From the NCBI GenBank assembly GCA_047602405.1, contig JASGHJ010000002.1, forward strand, positions 1,920,001-1,984,000: a DNA stretch of 64,000 nucleotides. The letters run 5' to 3'. Of the stretch, positions 54,530 through 64,000 are shown one piece after another (the first letter of the stretch is position 1; each line of letters starts with the position of its first letter). The translations under genes and the position numbers were made by a program. Source of the stretch: Anaeromyxobacteraceae bacterium (GTDB lineage Bacteria; Myxococcota; Myxococcia; Myxococcales; Anaeromyxobacteraceae). The notes under the pieces were generated by a model, which was not told the origin of the DNA, did no database searches, and saw only the letters and a program-made list of their open reading frames with translations.

Positions 54530-55528
54530 GTGCCCACCGCCCGCCGCCGCCCCGGACTCCTCGCGCGCGCCCTCCTGGGCGTGGCGACCGCAGCCGCGCT
54601 CGCCGCGGGCGCGGCCGGCGTCCTCTGGATGGCGCTGCCGGATCCCTCGCCGCTCGCGAGGCACGACCCCGACACGACCGCGCTCATCGAGCAGCGGAAG
54701 GCCGAGGCGAAGCAGAAGAAGCGCCCGTTCCGGGTCCGGCGCACGGTCGTCCCGCTCGAGCGCGTGCCCCCGCACCTCGTCCAGGCGCTCGTCCTCTCCG
54801 AGGACGCGAACTTCTGGACCCACGGCGGCGTCGACCTCCTCGCGATCCAGGAGGCGGCGCAGCACGACCTCAGGAAGGGCCGCTTCGCGCGCGGCGCCTC
54901 GACCCTCACGCAGCAGCTCGCGAAGAACCTCTGGTACGGCACCGAGAAGAGCCTGGGCCGCAAGGCCAAGGAGGCCGTGCTCGCGTGGAAGCTCGAGCGC
55001 GCCCTCTCGAAGAAGCGGATCCTCGCGCTCTACCTCAACGCCGTGGAGTTCGGCGACGGCGTCTTCGGCATCGAGGCGGGCGCGCGCCACCGGTTCGGCG
55101 TCGGCACCCGCGACCTCTCGCCCGCGCAGGCCGTCGTGATGGTCGCGATGCTGCCCGCGCCGCTCCGGGTCGACCTCGCGCACCCGTCCACCTGGCTGCA
55201 GCGGCGGTCGCGCCGGCTCCTCGACCTCATGAAGGTCACCGGGCGCCTCGACGCCGTGAGCTACCGCGTCTCCGCGACCGAGCTCGATTGCATCCTCGCC
55301 GGCCCGCGGCCGGACGACGACCGCGAGGAGCCGCCCGAGGAGGCGCCGCCCGATCTCCCCGTACCGGCGATCGATCCTGCTGCCGGGGTGGGGACCCGCG
55401 GAGCTCCGCTCCGCGGGGAGGGGGCTGCAGAAGCCCCCTCCGAGGATCAGGGCGCGGCCGGCACCGCCGGGCAGGCGGACGCGGCGCCCAGCGAGCAGGG
55501 CGGGCTGGGCTCCGTCTCGCACGAGTAG
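54530..55528 (+). CDS. mtgA: monofunctional peptidoglycan glycosyltransferase (GT51)
   Basis: SEDANFWTHGGVD, GASTLTQQLAKNL, RKAKE, YLNAVEFG. Confidence 0.9.
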   Translation: MPTARRRPGLLARALLGVATAAALAAGAAGVLWMALPDPSPLARHDPDTTALIEQRKAEAKQKKRPFRVRRTVVPLERVPPHLVQALVLSEDANFWTHGGVDLLAIQEAAQHDLRKGRFARGASTLTQQLAKNLWYGTEKSLGRKAKEAVLAWKLERALSKKRILALYLNAVEFGDGVFGIEAGARHRFGVGTRDLSPAQAVVMVAMLPAPLRVDLAHPSTWLQRRSRRLLDLMKVTGRLDAVSYRVSATELDCILAGPRPDDDREEPPEEAPPDLPVPAIDPAAGVGTRGAPLRGEGAAEAPSEDQGAAGTAGQADAAPSEQGGLGSVSHE

Positions 55529-56400
55529 TTGCCCGGGTCGTCGACGTACGTCAGGCACGCCGCGGCGTCCCAGCACTCGGCCCAGCCGACGGTCGCGAAG
55601 ATCGTGTGGAACGTGATCGCGGCCTTCCCGGCGCCCGCGCCGTCGAAGGACGAGGCGATCTCGAGGTAGTTGACGCCGCTCGGGATGACGTAGACGAACC
55701 CGCCCGTCCCGTCGGCGTACCCCTCGAACCGGTACTCGAAGGGTCTCAGGGCCGTCCGCGACGCCACCTGCATCACCACCTTGCGCGGGTCACCGCTGCG
55801 ATCGTAGGTCGCGTTCAGCGCGCCGCGCGGCGTGGTGGCGTCGTTGATGCCGAGCGTCCACAGCACCTCGAAGTCGATCTCGAGGGTGCCCGTGCCGACC
55901 TTCGCCGAGGGACCGCGGAAGGTGCCGCTGATGAACGGCACGAAGTCCCCCTGCCCCTTCCTGCGCGCCTCGAGCGAGAAGGCGTGCACGACGAGGTCCC
56001 CCTGCGCCGCCCGGACGATCCGCGCGAGGAGCTCGAAGCCGGGGTGGTTCCGGTCGTTCCAGGGCCCCCACACCCGCTCGTCGTCCGTCCGCGTGGTGGG
56101 CTCGAGCGTCCGCACGCGATCGACGAGGTCGAGCACGAAGTCCACGGCCGCGTTGAGCCCGTCGGAGGTCGGCTTCGCCTCGAGCCACAGCGCCGCCGGC
56201 CGCGTGCCGCACGCCGCGAGCGCGCCCGCCTGGGCGCTCGCGGACGCCGGCACCTCGACGCGCAGATCCGCGCGGGTGGGCAGCGCCGCGAGGAAGCGCA
56301 CGTCCTCCTGGGACCAGTTCCCGCAGCCCGCGCCCCAGAGCGCGACGGCTGCGGCGAGCCCGGCGACGGCCGCGGCCCGGAGGCTAGTCACCCAGCGCAT
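55447..56400 (-). CDS. lipoprotein B (WGPW motif), hypothetical
   Basis: Lipobox-like WGAGC; similarity to 59358-60287. Confidence 0.75.
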   Translation of the reverse strand: MRWVTSLRAAAVAGLAAAVALWGAGCGNWSQEDVRFLAALPTRADLRVEVPASASAQAGALAACGTRPAALWLEAKPTSDGLNAAVDFVLDLVDRVRTLEPTTRTDDERVWGPWNDRNHPGFELLARIVRAAQGDLVVHAFSLEARRKGQGDFVPFISGTFRGPSAKVGTGTLEIDFEVLWTLGINDATTPRGALNATYDRSGDPRKVVMQVASRTALRPFEYRFEGYADGTGGFVYVIPSGVNYLEIASSFDGAGAGKAAITFHTIFATVGWAECWDAAACLTYVDDPGNYSCETEPSPPCSLGAASACPAVPAAP

Positions 56401-57997
56401 ATTCCACCCCGACGAGCCCCTCGACGAACCCGAGGCTCTGCTGCGAATCCACGTTGTAGAAGAGCCACGCGACCCGCGCGCGCGCGACCGCGGAGAGGCG
56501 CGGCGTCATCCGCCACCCCACCGCGCCGACGAGCCCGGGCGTGAGCGTGAAGAAGTGCTGTCGCGGGAGCGCGTCCTCGGCCGCGAAGCGCCGCGCGAGG
56601 TAGGTCGCCCCGAGCCTCAGGCCCGCCTGCGCGCCGAGGGCACCCCGGGTCCACTCCTTCCAGAGCCCGACGCCGGCGCCCACGAGCGCGAAGTCGAACG
56701 GCACCGAGACGCCGCCGCCGAGGCCGACCGCGCCCCTCCCGCCGCCGACCGCCGCGTCGAGCCCCCACACGAGCCCGTGGCCGAGGTCGTCGCGCGCCGC
56801 GAGCTCGAAGCCGCCGAGCGCCGCGGGCGGGAAGAGCCCGGTCTTGCCCTTGCCCTCGAAGAAGCGCTGCCCGCCGAGGCCGAGGAGCAGCGCGAACCGC
56901 GCGCCGCCGTAACCCTTCTGCGGATCCCGGTCGAGCGGCACGCGGTCCATCCGCGCGTCGTCCACCGGCACCGGCCCGCCCGAGACCTCGAGCCGCGCCA
57001 CGAGCAGCCCGCTCTCGTCCGGGAGCCGCTTCTTCACAAGGTACTTCCCGGGCGCGAGCGCGATGCGCCGCTCCGCGCCGGCCGCCTTCGCGACCTCCGC
57101 GACCGCGCGGCCCGCGCCGTCGAGCACCACGTAGAGCCCCTCCGTCGCGGCCGGCAGCACGACGCCGCCCCTCGCCGGCTCGAGCTCGGTGAGGACGACG
57201 TCGCCCGCGCCGCCGAGGTCGTACAGGAAGACCGGGTGCTGCACGCCCGCGGCCGAGGACGCGGTCGCCCCGACGGTGCGCGCGTAGGCGTAGGCGTAAG
57301 CCTCGGCGAGCGTGACGAGGCCGTCGCCGGAGGTGTCGGCGCCGCCCAGGAGCCCCGAGGCGAGGTGGTGGGTGAAGTAGCTCGCGCCGATCGCGTCGGA
57401 CTCCTGCGAGTCCTCGTCGGCCGACGACGAGGCCACGAGCACGAGGCCGCGCGGCCCGCCGGGCTGGGCGGTCTTCACGTCGAAGGTCGGCGCCGGGCGG
57501 ACCCCCTTCGCACGGACGATGGCGCCCGAGCGGCAGGAGTCGAGGAGGCCGATGCGCACGTCGGCGGGCGAGGACGCGAGCGCCTCGCGGAGCTCGTCGA
57601 GGGGGATGGCGCCCGTCCCGAGCCGGAGCGCGCCGTCGCGCGCGTGACCCGAGTAGTAGACGACGAGCACGGTGCGCTCGCCCGCGGCGGAGGCCCGGCC
57701 CGCGGCCTGGGAGAGCTCGGCGAGGGCGCGGCGGAACGCGGGGGCGCCCGCGGAGAGGAGAAGGCGCGCGTCCTCGGGCCGGACGCCGCCGACCCCGGTG
57801 AGGATGCCGTGGATGCGCCGGGCGTCGCGCTCGGCGTAGCGCAGGCGGACCGCGCCCGGCCCGCCGTCCGGCTCGCCCGCGACGAGCGCGAAGCGCCGGC
57901 CGGCCCCGCCATTCGCGGGCGCGGCGTGCGCCGGCGCCGCCAGGAGCCCCGCCGCGGCGAGGCCGAGCGCGAGCGCGACGGCGCGGGCGGACCTCAT
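56384..57997 (-). CDS. exported caspase-like (peptidase C14) protein with C-terminal small beta-barrel-like domain
   Basis: Signal peptide (AHA); RFALVAG, LRYAERDA, YYSGH, LDSCRSG, YFTHHL..GL.G.AD. Confidence 0.87.
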   Translation of the reverse strand: MRSARAVALALGLAAAGLLAAPAHAAPANGGAGRRFALVAGEPDGGPGAVRLRYAERDARRIHGILTGVGGVRPEDARLLLSAGAPAFRRALAELSQAAGRASAAGERTVLVVYYSGHARDGALRLGTGAIPLDELREALASSPADVRIGLLDSCRSGAIVRAKGVRPAPTFDVKTAQPGGPRGLVLVASSSADEDSQESDAIGASYFTHHLASGLLGGADTSGDGLVTLAEAYAYAYARTVGATASSAAGVQHPVFLYDLGGAGDVVLTELEPARGGVVLPAATEGLYVVLDGAGRAVAEVAKAAGAERRIALAPGKYLVKKRLPDESGLLVARLEVSGGPVPVDDARMDRVPLDRDPQKGYGGARFALLLGLGGQRFFEGKGKTGLFPPAALGGFELAARDDLGHGLVWGLDAAVGGGRGAVGLGGGVSVPFDFALVGAGVGLWKEWTRGALGAQAGLRLGATYLARRFAAEDALPRQHFFTLTPGLVGAVGWRMTPRLSAVARARVAWLFYNVDSQQSLGFVEGLVGVEYALGD

Positions 57998-58740
57998 CGC
58001 CGCCCCCGGGTGAGCGGCACGACCAGCACCTCGGCCTCGCGGTCGGGGGCCGCCGCGCCGACGCCGGAGGCCCCGAGGCGGCTCACCAGCGCCGCGCCGT
58101 CGATCGGGCGGTCGTCGAGCACCACCACGAGCTCGCCGTCGCCCTCGCCCGTCCACTCGAACGCGCCGGGCAAGGGGCCCTTCACGGCGGGGCCGGCGTA
58201 GACGAGGGCCGGGCCGTCGCGGTCGACGAGCGCGACCGCGGCGTGCGTGTGGCCGGCGGGGCCGAGCGCGACGCGCAGCGAGGCGCCCGCGGGCACCGGC
58301 TCGCCGGGCGCGAGGGCGCGCGCGCCGGCCGCGGAGGAGACGTGGAGCTCGGCGGTGGCGCCGCCCTTCGTGCGGATCCCGGGGGCCGGGTCGTCCCGGC
58401 GGTCGCGGAGCTCCCGGACGAGCGGCACCGCGACGACGGCCGCGAGGCCGGCGGCGAGCGCGAGCGGCGCGAGGCGGAGCGCGAGGCGCGGCGCGGTGCG
58501 GGGGCGCGGCGCCGGCGCGGCGAGGTGGTCGGCGACGCCGGCCGCGAAGGCGGGGAACGGCAGGGCGCGGGCGAGGTCGACCCGCTCGGCCTCGAGGACC
58601 CGGAGCGTCGCCTGGCAGCGGGCGCAGCCCTCGAGGTGGGCCTCGGCCCGGGTCCGCTCGTCGCCCTGCAGCTCGCCCGCCGCGAGGCGGCGGATGCGCA
58701 TCGCCGAGCAGGGCACCCCGGGGCCACCGAGCGACGTCAT
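57994..58740 (-). CDS. zinc-binding (zf-HC2) anti-sigma factor with TM and periplasmic domain
   Basis: HLEGCARC (HxxxCxxC), TM helix, RTKG; ATGA overlap with the sigma gene. Confidence 0.85.
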   Translation of the reverse strand: MTSLGGPGVPCSAMRIRRLAAGELQGDERTRAEAHLEGCARCQATLRVLEAERVDLARALPFPAFAAGVADHLAAPAPRPRTAPRLALRLAPLALAAGLAAVVAVPLVRELRDRRDDPAPGIRTKGGATAELHVSSAAGARALAPGEPVPAGASLRVALGPAGHTHAAVALVDRDGPALVYAGPAVKGPLPGAFEWTGEGDGELVVVLDDRPIDGAALVSRLGASGVGAAAPDREAEVLVVPLTRGRR

Positions 58741-59348
58741 GGCAGCTCCTCCGGGTCCGCGGGCAGCTCGACGTCGGGCATCGCCGCGGCGAGCGTGGCG
58801 CGTGCGGCGGCGAGGAACTCCTTGAGGCGCTTCCTCACCGTGGGCAGGCTGCGGCCGGTCTCGGCGGCGATCTCGGCCTGCGTCAGCTCGTCCACGAAGT
58901 ACAGCACGGCGACCTCCTGCGCTTCCCCGGGCGCGCTCCTGAGCAGCGCCCGCACGAGCTCCCTCGACTCCGGCTCGATGCCGCGTTCCTTCCGGTCGCG
59001 GGCCATCCGCTCGACCTCGTCCCGCCAGGCCGCCCGCGAGGCCCGGAGCACGTTGAGGCAGTGGTGCGTCGCCGCCCGCATCAGGTAGGCCGTGGGCGAC
59101 GCGGCGGTGACCAGCTCCGCCGTGCCCTTCAGGACCCGCGCGAACACCTCCTGCGTGGCGTCGCGCGCGGCGTCCTCGTCCTTGAGGAGGTACCGGCAGC
59201 GGCCGAACACCATGGCCGCGTGCCGCCGGTACAGGTCCTCGATCAGGTGGCCCGGGCGGGCGGCTTCAGCCGCGCCGGGGCCCGGAGCCCCGGCGGAGGG
59301 GCCGACGTGGTCGGCCTTTCCGCCGGGGATGACCGAGAGCCGGGGCAC
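58737..59348 (-). CDS. ECF sigma factor
   Basis: LYRRH...DATQEVF (region 2); LTQAEIA...TVRKRL (region 4). Confidence 0.92.
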   Translation of the reverse strand: MPRLSVIPGGKADHVGPSAGAPGPGAAEAARPGHLIEDLYRRHAAMVFGRCRYLLKDEDAARDATQEVFARVLKGTAELVTAASPTAYLMRAATHHCLNVLRASRAAWRDEVERMARDRKERGIEPESRELVRALLRSAPGEAQEVAVLYFVDELTQAEIAAETGRSLPTVRKRLKEFLAAARATLAAAMPDVELPADPEELP

Positions 59349-59357
59349 CCGTCGACG

Positions 59358-60287
59358 TTACGGCAGCGTGAGCGTCGAGTACACCGGGGTGCTGAAGGGC
59401 GCGCAGGCGTCGTTCGTGCCGATGACGGTGACGGCGTCGACGAGGTAGTACTCGAGCGCGAAGCCGCCCGCGTTGCCGGCCCAGCACTGGCTCGCCGTGT
59501 GCGACGCGCCCGTCTCGACGTACTTCGCGTCGCCGCGGCCGTCGCCGCCGGTCACCCAGCGGGTGGCGAGCGAGAGGTTCTTGTCCGAGCCGACGCCCTG
59601 GAACATGAACTGGAGGTCGCCGCCGGTCGCCGAGGCCTCGAAGTCGTAGGCGATGTCGAGGTACGCCGGGCCGGCCGGGTCGGAGTTCTTCGCGCCGGTG
59701 AAGAGGGCGGTGAGCTTCAGGAACGTGCGGTTGTCGTAGGTGACGGAGAGCTTGCCGTGGTCGTCCTTCGTGGGCTGGACGGCCTTCGAGGCGTCGAGGT
59801 CGAGGACGAAGTCGCCCTGGCCGTGCCGGCCGTCGGCGCCGGGGAAGGCGTGGCCGGAGAGGATCGGCGTGAAGTCGGCCGCCGCGGCCGCGTGGGCGGC
59901 GAGCACGTAGCTGTAGCCGTCACCGTCCCGCTTCACGACCATCCGCCACACGACCTGGCTCGCGTTGTCGGTCCACGGGCCCCAGGTGCACTGGTCGGCG
60001 GTGCACTCGGTCGGCGGGAACGCCGTGATGACCTGGACGAGCGTCAGGATCGCCCAGCTGTTGAGGTTGAAGGTGAGCGCGACGTAGTACGAGTCGAGCG
60101 CGAACTCGGCCGGGATCGTGACGGCGTCCTCGACGGTGAGCGCGCCAGGGTTCGCGGCCTTCGGCGAGCCGACCTGGATGTCGGCCGGCTTCGGCATGGC
60201 GGCGCGGGCCTCTTCCGGGCTGATGTCCTTCTTGGCGCAGGCGCCGAGCAGCGCGGCGGCGGCGAGGATGGCGACGGTCTTCTTCAT
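59358..60287 (-). CDS. lipoprotein A (WGPW motif), hypothetical
   Basis: MKKTVAILAAAALLGAC lipobox; GAGG RBS; strong codon bias. Confidence 0.85.
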   Translation of the reverse strand: MKKTVAILAAAALLGACAKKDISPEEARAAMPKPADIQVGSPKAANPGALTVEDAVTIPAEFALDSYYVALTFNLNSWAILTLVQVITAFPPTECTADQCTWGPWTDNASQVVWRMVVKRDGDGYSYVLAAHAAAAADFTPILSGHAFPGADGRHGQGDFVLDLDASKAVQPTKDDHGKLSVTYDNRTFLKLTALFTGAKNSDPAGPAYLDIAYDFEASATGGDLQFMFQGVGSDKNLSLATRWVTGGDGRGDAKYVETGASHTASQCWAGNAGGFALEYYLVDAVTVIGTNDACAPFSTPVYSTLTLP

Positions 60288-60466
60288 GGTCAGGCCCTCG
60301 GTCTCTCGTTCCAGGGTGGGCCGGGAGAGTCCGGCCGTTCTCCATGAAGGGACACGGCCGCCCCCCTGGAATGGAAACAGGCTAGAGGCCCTCGGACGGG
60401 GCGTGAAGGGACCGATGTGGGGGGAGGTGGGCGAGGCCATGACCGCGGCGTGCTACGGTCGTCGGC

Positions 60467-60940
60467 ATGGCCGTTCACACTCGGGCGTCGAGAGCCGGAG
60501 TGTTGCTCGCTCCTGCGCTTCTGGCCGCCGCGCTCGTCGCCGCGTGCGGCGCACCCGGTTACCGGTGGGTCGTTCCCGAAGGGTACCAGGGCTGGGTCGA
60601 GATGAAGTGCGGGGTCACCGGAGCGCCGCCGTTGCCGGTCGAGGGCGGCCTGGCAGTGATCGTCGTGCCCCAGGACGGCAAGATCGTCACCTCGTCGCCC
60701 CTGCGGAGTGGTCCGGCGCGGGACGAGGCCCTCGCGCGACGCGGCGACCGACTCGAACCCGTGGCGCTGCCGGTCGGCATCTTCGTGCGCCATGTCTCGG
60801 TGGGACAGCCGAGGGCTGGGAACTACGTCTACGCCTACTTCGGAACCCCTGCTCAGTACCAGGCGGCCCTCAGGGACCTCACAGGCCAGGTCGGTGACCC
60901 GATAGAACCCGGCAACCGCCCGCCCCCGGGGTCGCCCTGA
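60467..60940 (+). CDS. small hypothetical lipoprotein
   Basis: Lipobox LVAAC; VPEGYQGWV; somewhat atypical codon usage. Confidence 0.55.
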   Translation: MAVHTRASRAGVLLAPALLAAALVAACGAPGYRWVVPEGYQGWVEMKCGVTGAPPLPVEGGLAVIVVPQDGKIVTSSPLRSGPARDEALARRGDRLEPVALPVGIFVRHVSVGQPRAGNYVYAYFGTPAQYQAALRDLTGQVGDPIEPGNRPPPGSP

Positions 60941-61192
60941 AGGCGCGCGTGGTGCGCCTCGACCGAGAACGTCAGCCCAATCAAGGTACTATTGGTGAAC
61001 GCTCACCAGGGCTCCAGGCCGGTCCCATCTTGGCGCTCCGGCGTCCCGCGCGCGCGGCGAAGTCACGAATGCGCGGGAAGACTACTCGAAACCCCGGGGG
61101 TTCCTCGCGCCGCGCTCGGCAGGCGCGACCATGGCGCCTGCCGGCGCGCCGGCCGCCCTCGCGGTACGCTCCGCCTCGAGAGGTACGCCCGG

Positions 61193-62123
61193 CTACCGCC
61201 GCGCCTTGAACCACGCGAACGTGCGCGCGAGGCCGTCGGCGATCGAGACCTCGGGGCGCCAGCCGATGGCCTTCGCGGCGAGCGACGGGTCGATGCAGGA
61301 GCGGGCCTGCTCGCCGAGGCGCGCGGGCGCGTGCTCCGGGCGCTGCTCGACGCCCGCCGCGCGCGCGAGGTGCGCGTGCAGGGCGAGCACGTCGGTCTCG
61401 ACGCCGGTGCCGACGTTGAGCGGGCCGTCGTGGCGCCTCTCCGCGGCGAGCAGGTTCGCGCGGGCGACGTCTCCCACGAAGACGTAGTCGCGGGTCTGGC
61501 GGCCGTCGCCGTAGACGGTGCACGGCTTCCCGTCGAGCAGCTTGCCGCAGAAGATCGCGACGACGCCGGCCTCGCCGTGCGGGTCCTGGCGCGGGCCGTA
61601 GACGTTCGCGTAGCGGAGCGCGGCGAAGGGGACCTCGTAGCCGGCGCGGAAGACGCCGAGATACAGCTCGCTCGCGGCCTTGCTCGCGCCGTAGATCGGA
61701 GATCGGCGCCTGGCGCTCGGCCTCGGGGGTGGGGATGGGCGCGCCGTCGCCGTAGGTCGCCCCTCCCGACGAGGCGAAGAGCACGTGCTCGAGCCCGCCC
61801 GCGGTCACCGCGGCCTGCATGAGGTTGAGGAGCCCGCCCACGTTCACGTCGGCGTCGTGGCGCGGGTCGCTCATCGAGCGGCGCACGTCGATCTGCGCGG
61901 CGTGGTGGCAGAGGACCTGCGGGCGCTCCTTCGCCACGATCTCGGCGGCGGCGGCGCTCCGGACGTCGACCGGGTAGAAGCGGGCGCCCGCGGGGACGTT
62001 CTCGCGCTTGCCCGACGAGAGGTCGTCGAGGATCGCGACGTCCCAGCCCGCGGCGAGGAAGGTGTCGGCCACGGTCGAGCCGATGAAGCCGGCGCCGCCG
62101 GTGATGAGGATCCGCCTCGCCAT
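61193..62123 (-). CDS. NAD-dependent epimerase (GalE-like); frameshift near 61697
   Basis: TGGAGFIGS, ASSGGATYG; then YGASK, LRYANVYGPRQ, QTRDYVFVGDVARAN in the other frame. Confidence 0.88.
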
Positions 62124-62135
62124 GACCGCCCTCCC

Positions 62136-63071
<936 letters not shown>

Positions 63072-63084
63072 TTGGCCCACATGC

Positions 63085-63276
63085 TTACTTCTTGGTCCCG
63101 AGGTCCTCGAGCGACAGTTGCCCTGGCAGGGCGCCGCGGTACTTGTCGAGCACGAGGTCGATGCCCTGACGGATGTACTCCGCCACGGGCACCTTGGTGC
63201 GGTCGTGAAGCAGCTTGAGCCGGTCGTTCTGCTCCGGCGTGATGTACACGGTCGTCGAGATCTTCTTCCGCGCCAT
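63085..63276 (-). CDS. ribbon-helix-helix DNA-binding protein
   Basis: STTVYIT strand plus two helices ([21 protein letters not shown]). Confidence 0.85.
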   Translation of the reverse strand: MARKKISTTVYITPEQNDRLKLLHDRTKVPVAEYIRQGIDLVLDKYRGALPGQLSLEDLGTKK

Positions 63277-63356
63277 GCCGGGCTCGCTGCCGGGGTGAGG
63301 CCCCGCGGAGCATCGCGCCGTGGGGCGGGGTGTGCCGAACACCCCGTGTCGAAACG

Positions 63357-63385
63357 AACGTAGGTGACCACCGGTATGCTGTCAA
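63357..63385 (-). promoter_or_regulatory. promoter TTGACA-N17-TACGTT
   Basis: Consensus -35 at 63385-63380; -10 at 63362-63357. Confidence 0.65.
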
Positions 63386-63448
63386 ATAGGGTCACGTGTT
63401 CTGGTCTGCGGCCCTGACCCGGGACTAGAATCCCGGCCCGAGGTGGAC

Positions 63449-64000
63449 ATGCGCCGAACCGCCCTGCTCCTCACCGCTCTCGTGGCCGCGACCGCCTGCG
63501 GCAGCCGCCAGAAGGCCGGCTCCGCCGGCGCGCCCGGTCGCTCCGATCCGGCCCCCGCGAAGGCCATCGTGCCAAAGGGGATGGAGCCGGTGGCGGGCGA
63601 GCAGGTGACCTCCTACGACCTCACCCGCGAGGGCAAGCCCGACGCCTGGAAGTTCACGGTGAAGGCGCCCGACGGGCAGGAGCGCATCGTCCGCAAGGAG
63701 AAGGACCTGAACGGCGACGGGAAGATCGACGCCTGGGAGAAGTACAACGACGACGGCTCCCTCGCGGTGCTGGTCTACGACTTCGACTTCGACGGCAAGC
63801 CCGACGCGACGCTGTACTTCGAGAAGGACCAGCTCGTGAAGAAGGACCTGTCCTTCGGCTTCGACGGCGTGCCGCGGACCTTCGCGTACTACGAGAAGGG
63901 CAAGCTCGTCCGCAAGGAGCGCGACACCACCGGTGACGGCAAGGTCGACACCTGGGAGTACTGGGAGAACGGCGAGCTCGACCGCATCGGCGTCGACCTC
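63449..64000 (+). CDS. lipoprotein with repeated DxxxDGKxD motifs (runs off the window end)
   Basis: GAGGTGG RBS, lipobox [31 protein letters not shown]. Confidence 0.8.
   Translation, partial: MRRTALLLTALVAATACGSRQKAGSAGAPGRSDPAPAKAIVPKGMEPVAGEQVTSYDLTREGKPDAWKFTVKAPDGQERIVRKEKDLNGDGKIDAWEKYNDDGSLAVLVYDFDFDGKPDATLYFEKDQLVKKDLSFGFDGVPRTFAYYEKGKLVRKERDTTGDGKVDTWEYWENGELDRIGVDL

Noticed and set aside
60941..61192. Small ORF or ncRNA in a lower-GC convergent spacer
   Set aside because: No convincing RBS, codon bias or recognisable RNA structure
63085..63276. Naming the RHH protein as CdbA/CdbB or an antitoxin
   Set aside because: No recognisable match to CdbA as I recall it, and no adjacent toxin gene

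Overview
This is a very GC-rich window from an Anaeromyxobacter-like myxobacterium, inferred from gene content and protein style. The centre (27.4-49.4 kb, minus strand) is one co-oriented block of translation genes: rpsL-rpsG-fusA-tuf, the S10 operon lacking rplC, spc, secY-adk-map-rpmJ and the alpha operon, running straight into rpsP-KH-rimM-trmD-rplS. The left flank carries pfkA, an HEXXH/TPR lipoprotein, an Slt-HNH-MinD/FlhG-J/HTH-small protein-RluD cluster, a sigma54 two-component pair, a GH3 plus thioesterase, a coupled cyclase/Ser-Thr kinase/LysM-FecR module, an orphan histidine kinase, rsmI, yraN and a degenerate Rad50/SMC-like membrane protein. The right flank carries mutY, tetR plus a hydrolase with a duplicated operator, SOD, an MFS transporter with a periodic insertion, mtgA, nucleotide-sugar genes and a five-gene lipoprotein/ECF sigma/anti-sigma/exported caspase-barrel/lipoprotein operon, which is the best candidate for a little-characterised system. 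Six genes, including essential rpsD and secY, carry single-base frameshifts, mostly at GATC sites; these are probably sequencing artefacts. No rRNA, tRNA, CRISPR array or transposase was recognised. All calls come from motif recognition without database searches.
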